This document shows positions 10,081 through 20,051 of a stretch of 20,304 bases of DNA, one piece after another (positions within the stretch are counted from its first letter, which is position 1; every line of letters starts with the position of its first letter). The translations under genes were made by a program, and so were the position numbers. Source of the stretch: Octopus sinensis (Eukaryota); assembly GCF_006345805.1 (NCBI RefSeq), contig NW_021824085.1:1-20304 (forward strand). The letters run 5' to 3'. The notes under the pieces were generated by a model that saw only the letters and a list, made by a program, of their open reading frames with translations, did not search any database and had not been told where the DNA came from.

Positions 10081-11217
10081 ATAATTACACGGTATTTGAA
10101 ATGTGAAACTCAAGAAGCTGAAAATATGTCGAATTGCATTTTTCTGAAGAAATAATGATTCTCAAATTCCTACTGCAATGCTCAAACATATCAGTAAAGT
10201 TCGCGGTATGAGTTATTCAGAGAGCAAAAAACAGGAAAAAATATGGAGGGAGAGAGAAATATTTATGAAGAGACGAGACATAAAAGATGTTATAAAAAAT
10301 ATAGGTCAATGACATATATTTCAATTACTCAAATATTATGGGTGGGAGGGGGGGACAAGGGTATGTGTGGACATAAGTGTAATATTTCAACCTGTCATTT
10401 GGCCAAGATTTTCGTCCTGTAAACACAGTCATTGCTATAAGACTTAGTCCACTAAATCGATTGAATATCCCCCGATATTTCACGGTTCACGTCTTAATGA
10501 TGTGGCGCGTACGGGAGATGGAAATCAGAAGCAATGAAATGTTACTTCCTGTTTGATCTTCCTTGGATTATATCGGAGGATACAGGATCTTATTCAAGGA
10601 ATTAAGTCCTGTGACCAGATACTCATAATTGTTTTCCATCGGAAATATTTTGAACCAATAAGTCAGACATTACTCGATGGCATTATACTAATTCCTACGA
10701 AATATAGTTTAACACACGTACTGCGTAGCGAATCATAAATTCAAAGACGGATCATTATTAATATTCAGATGAATACGAAAAATGACGGAAATAAATGTGT
10801 AATGATCTTGACAAAACTATACCACGTTCCGTGGGCTCAATAAAGCTGGATACCAAGAGGGTGGAGAGGGATGCAATTGCTATTGCTCTTCTGTTCTCCA
10901 TCAACAATCATACGAGGGAACATGGCATCAGGCCAATCAGAAACAGTCAATAGCGCAATAGAACAATGTCTCCTTTTCCATTGTAGCATACTTCATATCT
11001 TTCCCCATTTCGGGGCGAATTTATATTAAATTGTTATATATTACATAGTTTGCTTAAAATATAGGGAATGGAGCAGATACAGCACTAGAAGTTTAAAAAA
11101 CAGCCATAAAAGGAGTTGTGAATCTGAATTATAAAGGCACTAACCCAGTAATCTGATAACCATCTTACTATGTATATTATGAAGACAGACATAACTCTTT
11201 CATTAAAATATCAGAAA

Positions 11218-11366
11218 CAGGCGTAGGTGTAGCTCCCCAATCGCAGGTTCCGGGATTAGTTAAACTGCGTGATATCTTATGCAGGTGTTTTCTGCTATAG
11301 CGTCCGACCAACCAAGACTTGAGTGTATTTGATCGGCGAAAACTGAAAGAAGACTGTCAGGTTTCT

Positions 11367-11368
<2 letters not shown>
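11218..11368 (+). mobile_element. Degenerate 5' half of SINE family 1, ending at (AT)n 11369-11430
   Basis: aggttccggga...gcaggtgttttctgctatagc...gaaaactgaaagaagactgtc aligns by eye to 7585-7700. Confidence 0.65.
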
Positions 11369-11432
<64 letters not shown>

Positions 11433-11595
11433 CAGACACACAGACTCATTATAAATATATACATCGAAATCGTTGAGAAAAATATAAGCCAGCGCAAGAT
11501 TAAATTCATTAACAACGGAACCAAAAGTGAAAAAATGCGGGTGACCTAAGTGTGAAACATGTCCCCATTTCTTGGAGGCTACAGAGTTTTACTTC

Positions 11596-11680
11596 AATTT
11601 GAACTCAGAACGTAACGGCAGACGAAATACCGCTAAGCATTTCGCCCGGCATGCTAAGAATTCTGCCATCTCGCCGCCCT
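11596..11680 (-). mobile_element. Isolated tRNA-related head of SINE family 2
   Basis: aatttgaactcagaa...ctcgccgcc is shared with 8352-8397. The 3' body is absent. Confidence 0.75.
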
Positions 11681-12144
11681 AATTGTTCAATAAACATTAC
11701 ATAAGTTTTGCAGAAGAATTTTGGATATGTCAAAGAGAAATTTCTCAAACCATAGTTTGCAATGGAAATAAAATAAATAGATGCCCCGTACATTACTACC
11801 AGGAGTGATTTAAATGTAAAATTACTTATGTATCAAATAACAATTTTTTTTCTATTTTTAAGGTATGTTGCTTAATATTTCCTTCACGTTCAAATACGAA
11901 AAAAATATAGAAACCGAGAAAAGAGAAAAGGTAAAAAGACACATCGAACATTCGAATATGCAAACATATTTAACTTTCATAATGGAGGGCATTCGTGACG
12001 CTGTGGACATCAAAATGAAATCATTCCTAAACATAAAACAATCTCTACTACAAAATCGTGATATTTATAATGACATAGCGACATTTTTTATCACTCGCGA
12101 CTTTGCTTCCCATGAAGAATGCATCTCAGATGCATGCCTTATAT

Positions 12145-12158
12145 ATGCATACACACAT

Positions 12159-12190
<32 letters not shown>

Positions 12191-12277
12191 TGATATAGAT
12201 AGATGAATAATAGATAGAGAGATATAGATAAAAATATAGATACCTGTATATATATATATACGTACATATATATATAC

Positions 12278-12320
<43 letters not shown>
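12145..12320. repeat. Compound (CA)/(GATA)/(TA)n microsatellite
   Basis: Direct. Confidence 0.95.
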
Positions 12321-12321
<1 letters not shown>

Positions 12322-12600
12322 TTATTTTATAGAAGGAGCTTCTACAGGACTAGAACTGTTTCATTCAGATAAAATCTTGCTATGCATTGAGTACCTTATT
12401 TACTGTGGTTACCCCGACTCAAACCGGGACCAACATATATATATATATATATATAATTATATATATGTGTATATATATATATATATAATATGATATAATA
12501 TATATAAGTATATATATGTATATATACATACATATATATATATATATATTTGAATTCCAAATAATTAATATATATATATATATTTGCATATATATATATT

Positions 12601-12810
12601 GATAGAAATGTTAAGGCAACAAAAGAATGAAAGACACCTCGATATTATGTAAATAGAGCAATTTTTCTGTAAACATATGTGACAATTATTCGGTAGCCAT
12701 GATAAAACTCCGAGTTTCGGATGTCGGGGCGGAAATCCGCGCCGCCATCTCTTCAGTTATCTGGTCATCGAAAGAAAGCGAATAATTGTCACATACTTCA
12801 TCTACAGATA
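12601..12810 (-). mobile_element. Short hammerhead-bearing segment (Penelope terminal-repeat or retrozyme-like) embedded in (TA)n
   Basis: About 210 bp of non-repetitive sequence with (TA)n on both sides (12435-12600 and 12808-12915). It contains the hammerhead fold listed next. Confidence 0.65.
12697..12764 (-). ncRNA. Type I hammerhead ribozyme with canonical core
   Basis: CCA-GAUAA-CUGAAGA-GAUG-GCGGCGCGG(AUUU)CCGCCCCGA-CAUC-C-GAAA-CUCGGAG-UU/UUAUC-A-UGG. All three stems pair and the core CUGANGA/GAAA/NUH is intact. It is enclosed by a perfect 17-bp inverted repeat (12676-12692 and 12779-12795). Confidence 0.8.
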
Positions 12811-12821
12811 TATATTATATA

Positions 12822-12882
<61 letters not shown>

Positions 12883-12923
12883 CACATACATACACACACC
12901 CACATATATATATATAATCATAT

Positions 12924-13724
12924 CAGGCTGTCCCATAAGTGACTGAGAGGTTCAATTTTTAATAGCTTACTTAATTTAACAAATATACCCTGAATTTAGA
13001 TACAATAGAAAGGACATAATGGAAATTAATATGCATAAGGCAAAATTTGCAACACCTCTACATTATACATGAAAAATGACGCCGCTTAAATGTCAGCCAT
13101 CTTGAGCTTCACACGCCAGTGCTCTTTCCAAAACTTGCACCACAACAGCCTCAAGAACTTCAGAATCCACTACACTGATTTCTCTACTGATGTTCTTCAG
13201 TTGCATCAGGGTCACTGTTTTGTTGACAGAAACCCACTCTTTTAGATATCCCCAGAAGAAATTATCCAAGCTATTCAAGTCGGAGGAACGTGAAGACCAG
13301 TTGACATTGCGGGAGATTATTCTCTTTGCAAAACAATGTCGTAGCAACTGTGATGCTTCTCTTGCAATATGAGTAGTTACTCCATATTGCTGGAACCCTG
13401 TGTGAGATCTACATTGAATAGCTGAGAGACTCTGATGCAACTGAAGAAGAACCGGAGAACCTCATGCAGCTGAAGAAGAAAATCAATAGTGAAATCAGAA
13501 AATGGAGTCTGAAACTCCTGAGGGTGTTATAATGCAAGTTTTGGAAAGAGTACGGGCATGCGCATCCGAAAATGGCTGCCATTTAAGAGATGTCATTTTT
13601 ATGATGTAGTGCTTTGGCAAAAATTTGACTGGGGCATTTTAATTTCCATTATTTCCTTTATATTATATCAGAATTTCATGCATTTTTTTAAATTTAAGGA
13701 AGTAATTAAAAACTTTTAGGCACC

Positions 13725-13727
<3 letters not shown>
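12924..13727. mobile_element. Composite Tc1/mariner relic: two transposase 3' ends in tail-out orientation, each ending in a TIR near TA
   Basis: Minus ORF 13093-13440 reads FQQYGVTTH...RIISRNVNWSSRSSDLNSLDNFFWGYLKE, resembling the rosa/DD41D type (here 39 residues between the second and third catalytic positions, the second mutated to Y). Plus 13451-13610 reads PENLMQLKK...VLERVRACASENGCHLRDVIF. The ends are caggctgtcccataagt (12924) and acttttaggcaccctg-TA (13727). Confidence 0.85.
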
Positions 13728-13766
<39 letters not shown>

Positions 13767-13785
13767 ATATATATATATATACATC

Positions 13786-13965
13786 GAGAGAGAGAGGAGG
13801 AGGAGGAAGAAGAGTAGGAAGTGGTGAGAGTGAGGGAGAGGATAGAAAAATATACAGATATAGTTAAGTAGATAGATAAATAGACAGACAGACAGACAGA
13901 CAGATATACATATGTGTGTGTATAAACTTATATAAATATATGTATTTATTTATATATATATATAT
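13786..13965. repeat. (GA)/(GAG) purine tract plus (GATA)/(GACA)/(TA) microsatellites
   Basis: Direct. Confidence 0.85.
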
Positions 13966-13966
13966 A

Positions 13967-14139
13967 TCCGTCTTCCTTTCCTTGGATCTTTCCTTTTCCT
14001 ATGTCTCCGACGAAGAGATCCGCTCGAGACGTTAAAACCTCCTTCTTTCTTTCCTTTCCTGACCGTTCATAACACTATACTTGTTCCACACGTCCTCGCG
14101 TTGTTGTGTTTTCCTCTTTGTTTTTTCATGTTTGGATTA

Positions 14140-14143
<4 letters not shown>
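13967..14143 (+). mobile_element. Penelope-type terminal-repeat fragment between (TA)n tracts, with a degenerate hammerhead at 14003-14038
   Basis: GUCU-CCGACGA-A-GAG(AUCCG)CUC-GAGA-CG-UUA-AAAC has the same architecture as the 4903-4938 motif. The core has U4-to-C and GAAA-to-GAGA changes. Confidence 0.55.
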
Positions 14144-14230
<87 letters not shown>

Positions 14231-14273
14231 ATTTATGTACGTATGTATGTATGTTTATCTATCTATCTATCTA

Positions 14274-14319
<46 letters not shown>

Positions 14320-14371
14320 ATAATATATATTTATTTATACACACACACACGCTCTCTCTCTCTCTCTCACA
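14143..14371. repeat. Compound (TA)/(TATG)/(TATC)/(CA)/(CT) microsatellite
   Basis: Direct. Confidence 0.95.
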
Positions 14372-14454
14372 CAATGAACGGAAGGAGCAATTCATTTTAC
14401 ACTTCTTCAATTGTTCCGTCGATATCTTATGAGAATAATATTGCAATAATATCA

Positions 14455-14620
14455 TTTTCTATTCCAGACACAAAGCCTGACATTGACCTCAATTACATCG
14501 ACCTCAAACGAAACGCACTTAACTGACTCCGAATGTGTAAAAGCATAAGTTGGACTCAACGGAAATCGAACTCAGCAGGTAGTGATGCGCAAAATGCCGC
14601 AAAGATTGTTGTCCCCTTCG
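14455..14620 (-). mobile_element. Highly degenerate copy of SINE family 2
   Basis: cacaaagcctgacatt, attacatcgacc, gactccgaa and cggaaatcgaactcag are colinear with the 8224-8397 copy. Confidence 0.5.
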
Positions 14621-15689
14621 AATACTGCAAAATATCGACTAATCCGTTTGGCTAATGCCCTTGTTATTTCGAATATATATATATATATATATATATTCTG
14701 CTCCCAAGATGTTCTTATTATTTCCTTTGTATATTATAGTTGCAGGGAAAAAAATAATTATAATAAAAATTTATAAATACCAAATCACAATTAGCCGGTC
14801 AAAACTAAAAGGGATCAATCGCAGAGAACGAAAGAATTATCGAAATGAAAACTAAATAAATAAATAGGTATATTAACTGATAAACACATAAATAATAGTA
14901 TTATACGTTAGAGTTTTTGTCTCCAAAAAAAACTCTGTAGTGTTCAAAAGAAATTCATAAGCGAATTATGTAGTATTTATAGGAATGGCCTAATTCTATA
15001 CTTACTAAAATCAATAAGAGAAATCTAGAAATAGTGAAAAGAAAGGATTAGATTGTAAAATAGAACCATATACCGGAAAGAAATAACACACTATTGACCC
15101 AAAAATTCACAAAAGAAATTTTGAAAGTAGTCCAGTATTTAGACTTATATGCTCTTTCAAAGCAAATATCGGTAGGATTTGAAAATCTTGATAAAGTACT
15201 TATTAATTTAAAATACAAAATAAAATTTTCTCTCTGGCTGGATACACTGGAGGTGAGTAGATGACTTGAAAACGTAGAGAATAAACAGTTTCATATATCA
15301 CATGAAACTGATAGATCGGGCTTCGATATTTGCTGTGAAGAACTTTGATTTATCTAAAAATAACACTGACGTCATTCTTTTAGCTTACCTCAAAACACTG
15401 AAAACGTTTGAAGGTAAACTACCTGTCCCCTATTCATGATTAATATTGCACACTTATCTATGCCAAATTCGATGCCTATATTTTTGCTGGAGTGTCTTAG
15501 AGTCTGTATTACGGAATCGATTCTGACAAAATAATTTTGACATAAGAATGAGATCTAGTGATTCTGCAACTGTCACGGACCTCTTCAGCATGTACATATT
15601 CTTTTTTAGATGGAGTCTTCTTTTAAGTTAAGGAAAGTCTACGCAGGATACTCACAACTATAAATCAGGAGAGGGGCCCTTAGGAGCCG

Positions 15690-15900
15690 CGTGAATTCGT
15701 TATGGTATCAGGATGCTTCGCAGAATTGTGGATTACCATTGGTCGGATTTCGTATCCAACCAATGACTCTACTTAGAAACGGGAATATGTCCTGTTACTT
15801 GTTTGACTCGGGATCGTCAGCTCAGATTCTTTGGCCATGTTGCTCCATTTTCCGATTTAGATCTTGCTTACCTTGGGCTCTTCACTAAACATCCAGCTGG
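15690..15900 (+). mobile_element. RTE-clade LINE relic, region downstream of the RT domain
   Basis: The frame from 15701 reads YGIRMLRRIVDYHWSDFVSNQ-stop(15764-15766)-LYLETGICPVTCLTRDRQLRFFGHVA, matching the RTE pattern LRRI.G..W.D.V.N...RRQLR..GHV.R. Confidence 0.75.
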
Positions 15901-15928
15901 GTTCGCGGCTCGTGTTGGTCATCAGAAG

Positions 15929-17172
15929 GGTGAGGAAGCTAAAAGAGTTAAAGCTAAATGGTCCGAATCTAGCGAAGGCAGTATCATTACTTAAACACTC
16001 AGCATCTTTGGACAAAAGCTAAAGTAGCAAAGCTATACAGAAAAACTAGGAAGGAATTTGATATGAATGGAGGAGTCCACCCAAGGGAAGGAGTGGCAAG
16101 ATTATCCCTACCTACACAGGAAGGCGGAAGAGGGCTGATACCGCTAGAAGACTGTGCGGAGTTAGATAGAATAGATACAGAATCCTATGTAGGTAATAGC
16201 GAAGTAAGTTTATTTAGAGCTCCCATAATCAGATACAAGGAAACCAAACAAAAAAAAAAACCTAAACGAAGTTAGAAACCAGAAAAAAGAACAAATGTTA
16301 TTTGAGTGTTAGGTGAAGTCTTTGCATGGTAGATTCTCAAAGACAGTTGCACTAAATAGTAGTAGTAAGACAGGGTTATGGCTGCAGAAAGGAAGCCTGA
16401 ACCGAGAAATAGGAAGCTGTTAGTAGCAGTGCAAGATCAAACGATAAGGACTAATCGGATAAAGACCTCCATAGAAAAAAAAAAGCAAGTTGATTCCCAG
16501 TGTAGATTATGCAAATCAAAAAAGGAAAGTGTTACTCATAGATTAAGTGAATGTAGCTTACAGAAAGAATACAAGAAAAGACATGACTATCTAGGGGGAG
16601 CAATCAACTGGGAGATTTGTAGAAAGCTAGGATTCGAACACACTGATAAATAGTATGAACATGAACCTAGTAAATTATTAGAAAGTAAGCAATACAAGAT
16701 GCTGTGGGACTTTAACGTTCATTCAGACTGACAGAGTAATATCAGCTAGAAAGCCTCATTTAGTAGAAGTAGACAAAGAGAATAGAAAGGGCCAGGTAAT
16801 CAAATTTATAGTTCCAAATGATGAAAACATTAATATGAGAATTATAGAAAAAATAGCAAAGTACCAGGACCTAGCTCCTGAATTACAAAGACTATGGAGA
16901 GTACGGGTAAAATATATCCCAGTAGTTATGGATGCATAAGGAGCTATCTCTAGAGATTTGGATAGGATAGAGGAAATAAGCATAAAACGTTGTTTAGTAC
17001 AGCTCGAGAAATCAGTGTTATTAGGGACAGCTAGGATACTAAAGAGTGTTCTTGGCATCTAAGGTTATTAATTGTAGTCCGATTTTGGAAACGTTTCTAA
17101 TCCAACGGTCTAATCTGTTGTGTGTATGTGAATAACAATAATAATAATGATGATTATGATGATGATAATGAT
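15929..17172 (+). mobile_element. Second 5'-truncated R4/Dong-clade RLE LINE, a different subfamily from 2031-2951
   Basis: Across frameshifts and stops: KLNGPNLAKA, RKTRKEFDMNGGVHP, EGGRGL, VAVQDQTIRTN, CCHC CRLCKSKKESVTHRLSEC (16501), YKKRHD, MLWDFNVH, RKPHLV, EKIAKYQDLAPELQRLW, EKSVLLGTARILKSVLGI-stop (17062). A 3' UTR and an (AAT)/(GAT) tail follow from 17131. Confidence 0.9.
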
Positions 17173-17280
17173 ATTTAGAAATTTGCGGAAAGCTAAAGAA
17201 AAGGAAATAATTAACAATAAAATGGAGGGAGTTTCTCGCGAGGTGAATACGTATCTCATAATGGCTATAATACTCGCCCT

Positions 17281-17560
17281 AATGATAAGTCGGATAGGAA
17301 AGGGAGATTATGGTATAGCCATTTAATAGGACTTCACATATCATCTAAAATTGTGAGGGCTCTTTACAATGCATTGGATAAATATTTCCCTCAACAAAAT
17401 ATTCAACAGACATGCAGTGAAACTATCGTACACAACATCTTATAATTCAGAATATTATTTTCGTAATAAAGGAAATAATATTTCCAGACACTTTGTGGTA
17501 ATAATAAGGAGAGAGAAACCGACCAAATTATTGAATTCCATTGTGTTTGACTGTTATTGT
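17281..17560 (+). mobile_element. Degenerate Penelope-like ORF fragment (RT-to-GIY-YIG linker)
   Basis: RKGRLWYSHLIGLHISSKIVRALYNALDKYFP, then after a frameshift LNKIFNRHAVKLSYTTSYN and a later CYC. This resembles the Penelope-like pattern RK..IWFNPP....V.TNIG..F..L.DKHFP...L.KIFNR..VK.SY...N. Confidence 0.55.
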
Positions 17561-18365
17561 CTCCGATGAAAGTGAAGCAGACCCGAAGTAGATAGGACAT
17601 GCTATCGATTAGGGCGAATGACGATGGACGGCCTTCGAAAATCTGTACAAATATTCAAGTAACCGATTGGTTAATTGGTTAAACAATGGACTAATAAAAT
17701 ATAGAAGTGAAATACAACCAGTGCATGTGCCTATTACGAGTATAAGGACCATTCTGCGATGTAAAAATATGATATTCATCTCGAGTTCACATCAAGAATC
17801 TTGCAATCCAAATACAAAAAGACATCTTCAAATACCTCATATACATTTGATATGAGGAAATCAAGGAATAATTCATTCGTATCTTCACGTAAAGAAACAG
17901 CTGGATCAGTAGACTCTTCTTGAATATGCGTTTTTTTTTGTTAGTTATGAATATGCATATAACGAAAGTGCACAAATCTTAAAGATGTTAGTGAGTGCAA
18001 TACTTATGATTATTTAAATAACAATGAAAGAGATGGATTTCAGCATCTCAAGCTGTCAAGATGAGCCTAGTGTGAGATATCGAGTGAAGACTAAATAGAA
18101 AAGAATTTCATATTTGCATATCGAACAAATGAATTTAGAGTTTGGGAATCTTACACAGGCTTTAGAATCTTCTTAGGTTTCTGTTGCTTGAAATTACAGA
18201 AATGTGAGGCAATAATTGCTAAGTTTTAATTAGGTTATAGTTGAAATCTTACGTTAAGAAGAGTTCTATATAATTATAAACAGAGTCATTAAATTATAAT
18301 GAGCATCTACGATACATTTCCCAACAATTCATTATCATGTATAAAAGTGACACTCATTAGGCGAC

Positions 18366-18533
18366 AATTTATTGTCGATTTTAAATATTTCAAGCTCAAT
18401 AAATATTATGCGACATAAATAGATTAAAATATGGGTAAGATGACGTGGAATTTATTGTCGATTTTAAATATTTCAAGCTCAATAAATATTATGCGACATA
18501 AATAGATTAAAATATGGGTAAGATGACGTGGAA
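18366..18533 (+). repeat. Perfect 83-bp tandem duplication
   Basis: 18366-18448 is identical to 18449-18531, with AA microhomology at the junctions. Confidence 0.95.
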
Positions 18534-18827
18534 ATTAAAAGTGACCTTGCTCATATTCACAACGATATTCCTATCAGAAAATTAACAAATAAGATCCAAT
18601 AGTTGTAAATTTGATGAAAGTAATAAAATACCAACAGTCGGAGATGAGACGTTGTCTAGGTTGTCAAGTTTGTTTTATTCCCTTTTAATGTTTCAGTAGA
18701 GTAATTTATATTCTAGCGGTTTATTACTCAACGTGCACATCTTAAACTTGTTTAAATACGTCTATGACAAGGACAAATGCATAGGTAGATAGATAGGTAC
18801 ATATAGAGACAAACAGATGCATGCATG

Positions 18828-19072
18828 CATACATACATACATAAATACATACATACATACATACATACATACATACATACATACATACATACATACATAC
18901 ATACATACATACATACATACATACATACATACATACATACATACATACATACATACATACATACATACATACATACATACATACATACATACATACATAC
19001 ATACATACATACATACATACATACATACATACATACATACATACATACATACATACATACATACATACATAC
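18828..19072. repeat. (ACAT)n tetranucleotide, about 60 units and nearly perfect
   Basis: Direct. It explains the MYVC/HTYI ORFs. Confidence 0.97.
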
Positions 19073-19089
19073 GTGTTGGCAAGCAGGCC

Positions 19090-19272
19090 AACAAAATAAA
19101 GAGTGAGAGAAAGTTGTGGCGAAAGAGTACAGCAGGGTTCGCCACTACCACCTGCCGGAGCCTCGTGGAGCCTTAGGTGTTTTCGCTCAGAAAAAACTCA
19201 AAACGCCTGGTCTGGGAAGACGAAACAACAATCCTACCATCGCGTGTTCGTGCACTAACCAGTTGGCCATTT
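19090..19272 (-). mobile_element. tRNA-derived SINE (family 3), 5' portion
   Basis: The minus strand reads gccaactggttagtgcacgaacacgcg... with a disrupted B-box, then gagcgaaaacacctaaggctccacgaggctccggcagg. The head is repeated at 19602-19694. Confidence 0.7.
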
Positions 19273-19283
19273 CCCCCCCCCCC

Positions 19284-19341
19284 ATATATAGATATATATA
19301 TATATATATATTATTATATTATATATTATATATATATATAT

Positions 19342-19375
<34 letters not shown>

Positions 19376-19430
19376 GTAATATATATATGTACATATATAT
19401 ATGTATATATATATATATATATTATATATA

Positions 19431-19490
<60 letters not shown>

Positions 19491-19491
19491 A
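19284..19491. repeat. (TA)n microsatellite with interruptions
   Basis: Direct. Confidence 0.95.
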
Positions 19492-19601
19492 GTTTAACAA
19501 TTTTCTTAATAAGGAATCTTAACAAGAAATTATCACGTGGTTAGCGTGAAAAACCTCATAAAAGAAAAGAATTCGAAAATAATTTTTTTCTTTTGAACAA
19601 A

Positions 19602-19694
19602 TTAGGTGTTTTCGCTCAGAAAACACTCAAAACGCCTGGTCTGGGAATCGAAACCACAATCCTACCACCGCGTGTTCGCTGCCCTAACCAGTTG
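19602..19694 (-). mobile_element. SINE family 3 head, second copy
   Basis: The minus strand has A-box-like actggttagggc and B-box ggtttcgattcc, and is highly similar to 19173-19266. Confidence 0.7.
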
Positions 19695-20051
19695 CCCCCC
19701 CCCCATATACATGCAGTTCGAAAAAAGCCCGCCATTTACCGGATATATGATTTATAAACATTCCATGTGCTTGGCCGGAGTGAATAGATGTATGTTCGTC
19801 TTCGCTAGGTAAGGTTGGTGGTTTATTTATGATGTGTTCAGAATCAGTTCTGCTGATGATCATAGACGTAAGTTAAATGTGAAATCACGGTGATACAGAA
19901 CTAAATTCATTTTTTAAATGTCTTGCTTTGAAGAACTGCATTTAGGTATGATTAGTGTAATTTTGGTAGTAATGACTTTGTCCCTCTTAGTGTGAGGCAT
20001 TTATGTGTAATAATGCCCTCTATACAATATATATATATATATATAGTGAAG

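Noticed and set aside
10928-10942. CCAAT-box-like ggccaatcag
   Set aside because: A single short motif is expected by chance, and there is no associated transcription unit.
11596-11680. Possible tRNA gene (also the heads at 7555 and 19602)
   Set aside because: A/B-box-like motifs are present, but I could not build a cloverleaf, and the sequences recur as SINE heads.
12348-12370. Half-hammerhead on minus (CUGA-AU-GAAA-CAG-UU-CUAGUC)
   Set aside because: Stem II and the 5' partner of stem I are missing. At best it is a deleted relic and cannot be supported as a ribozyme.
18366-18533. Possible CRISPR-like repeat
   Set aside because: Only two abutting 83-bp units, with no spacers and no cas genes, in a eukaryotic context.
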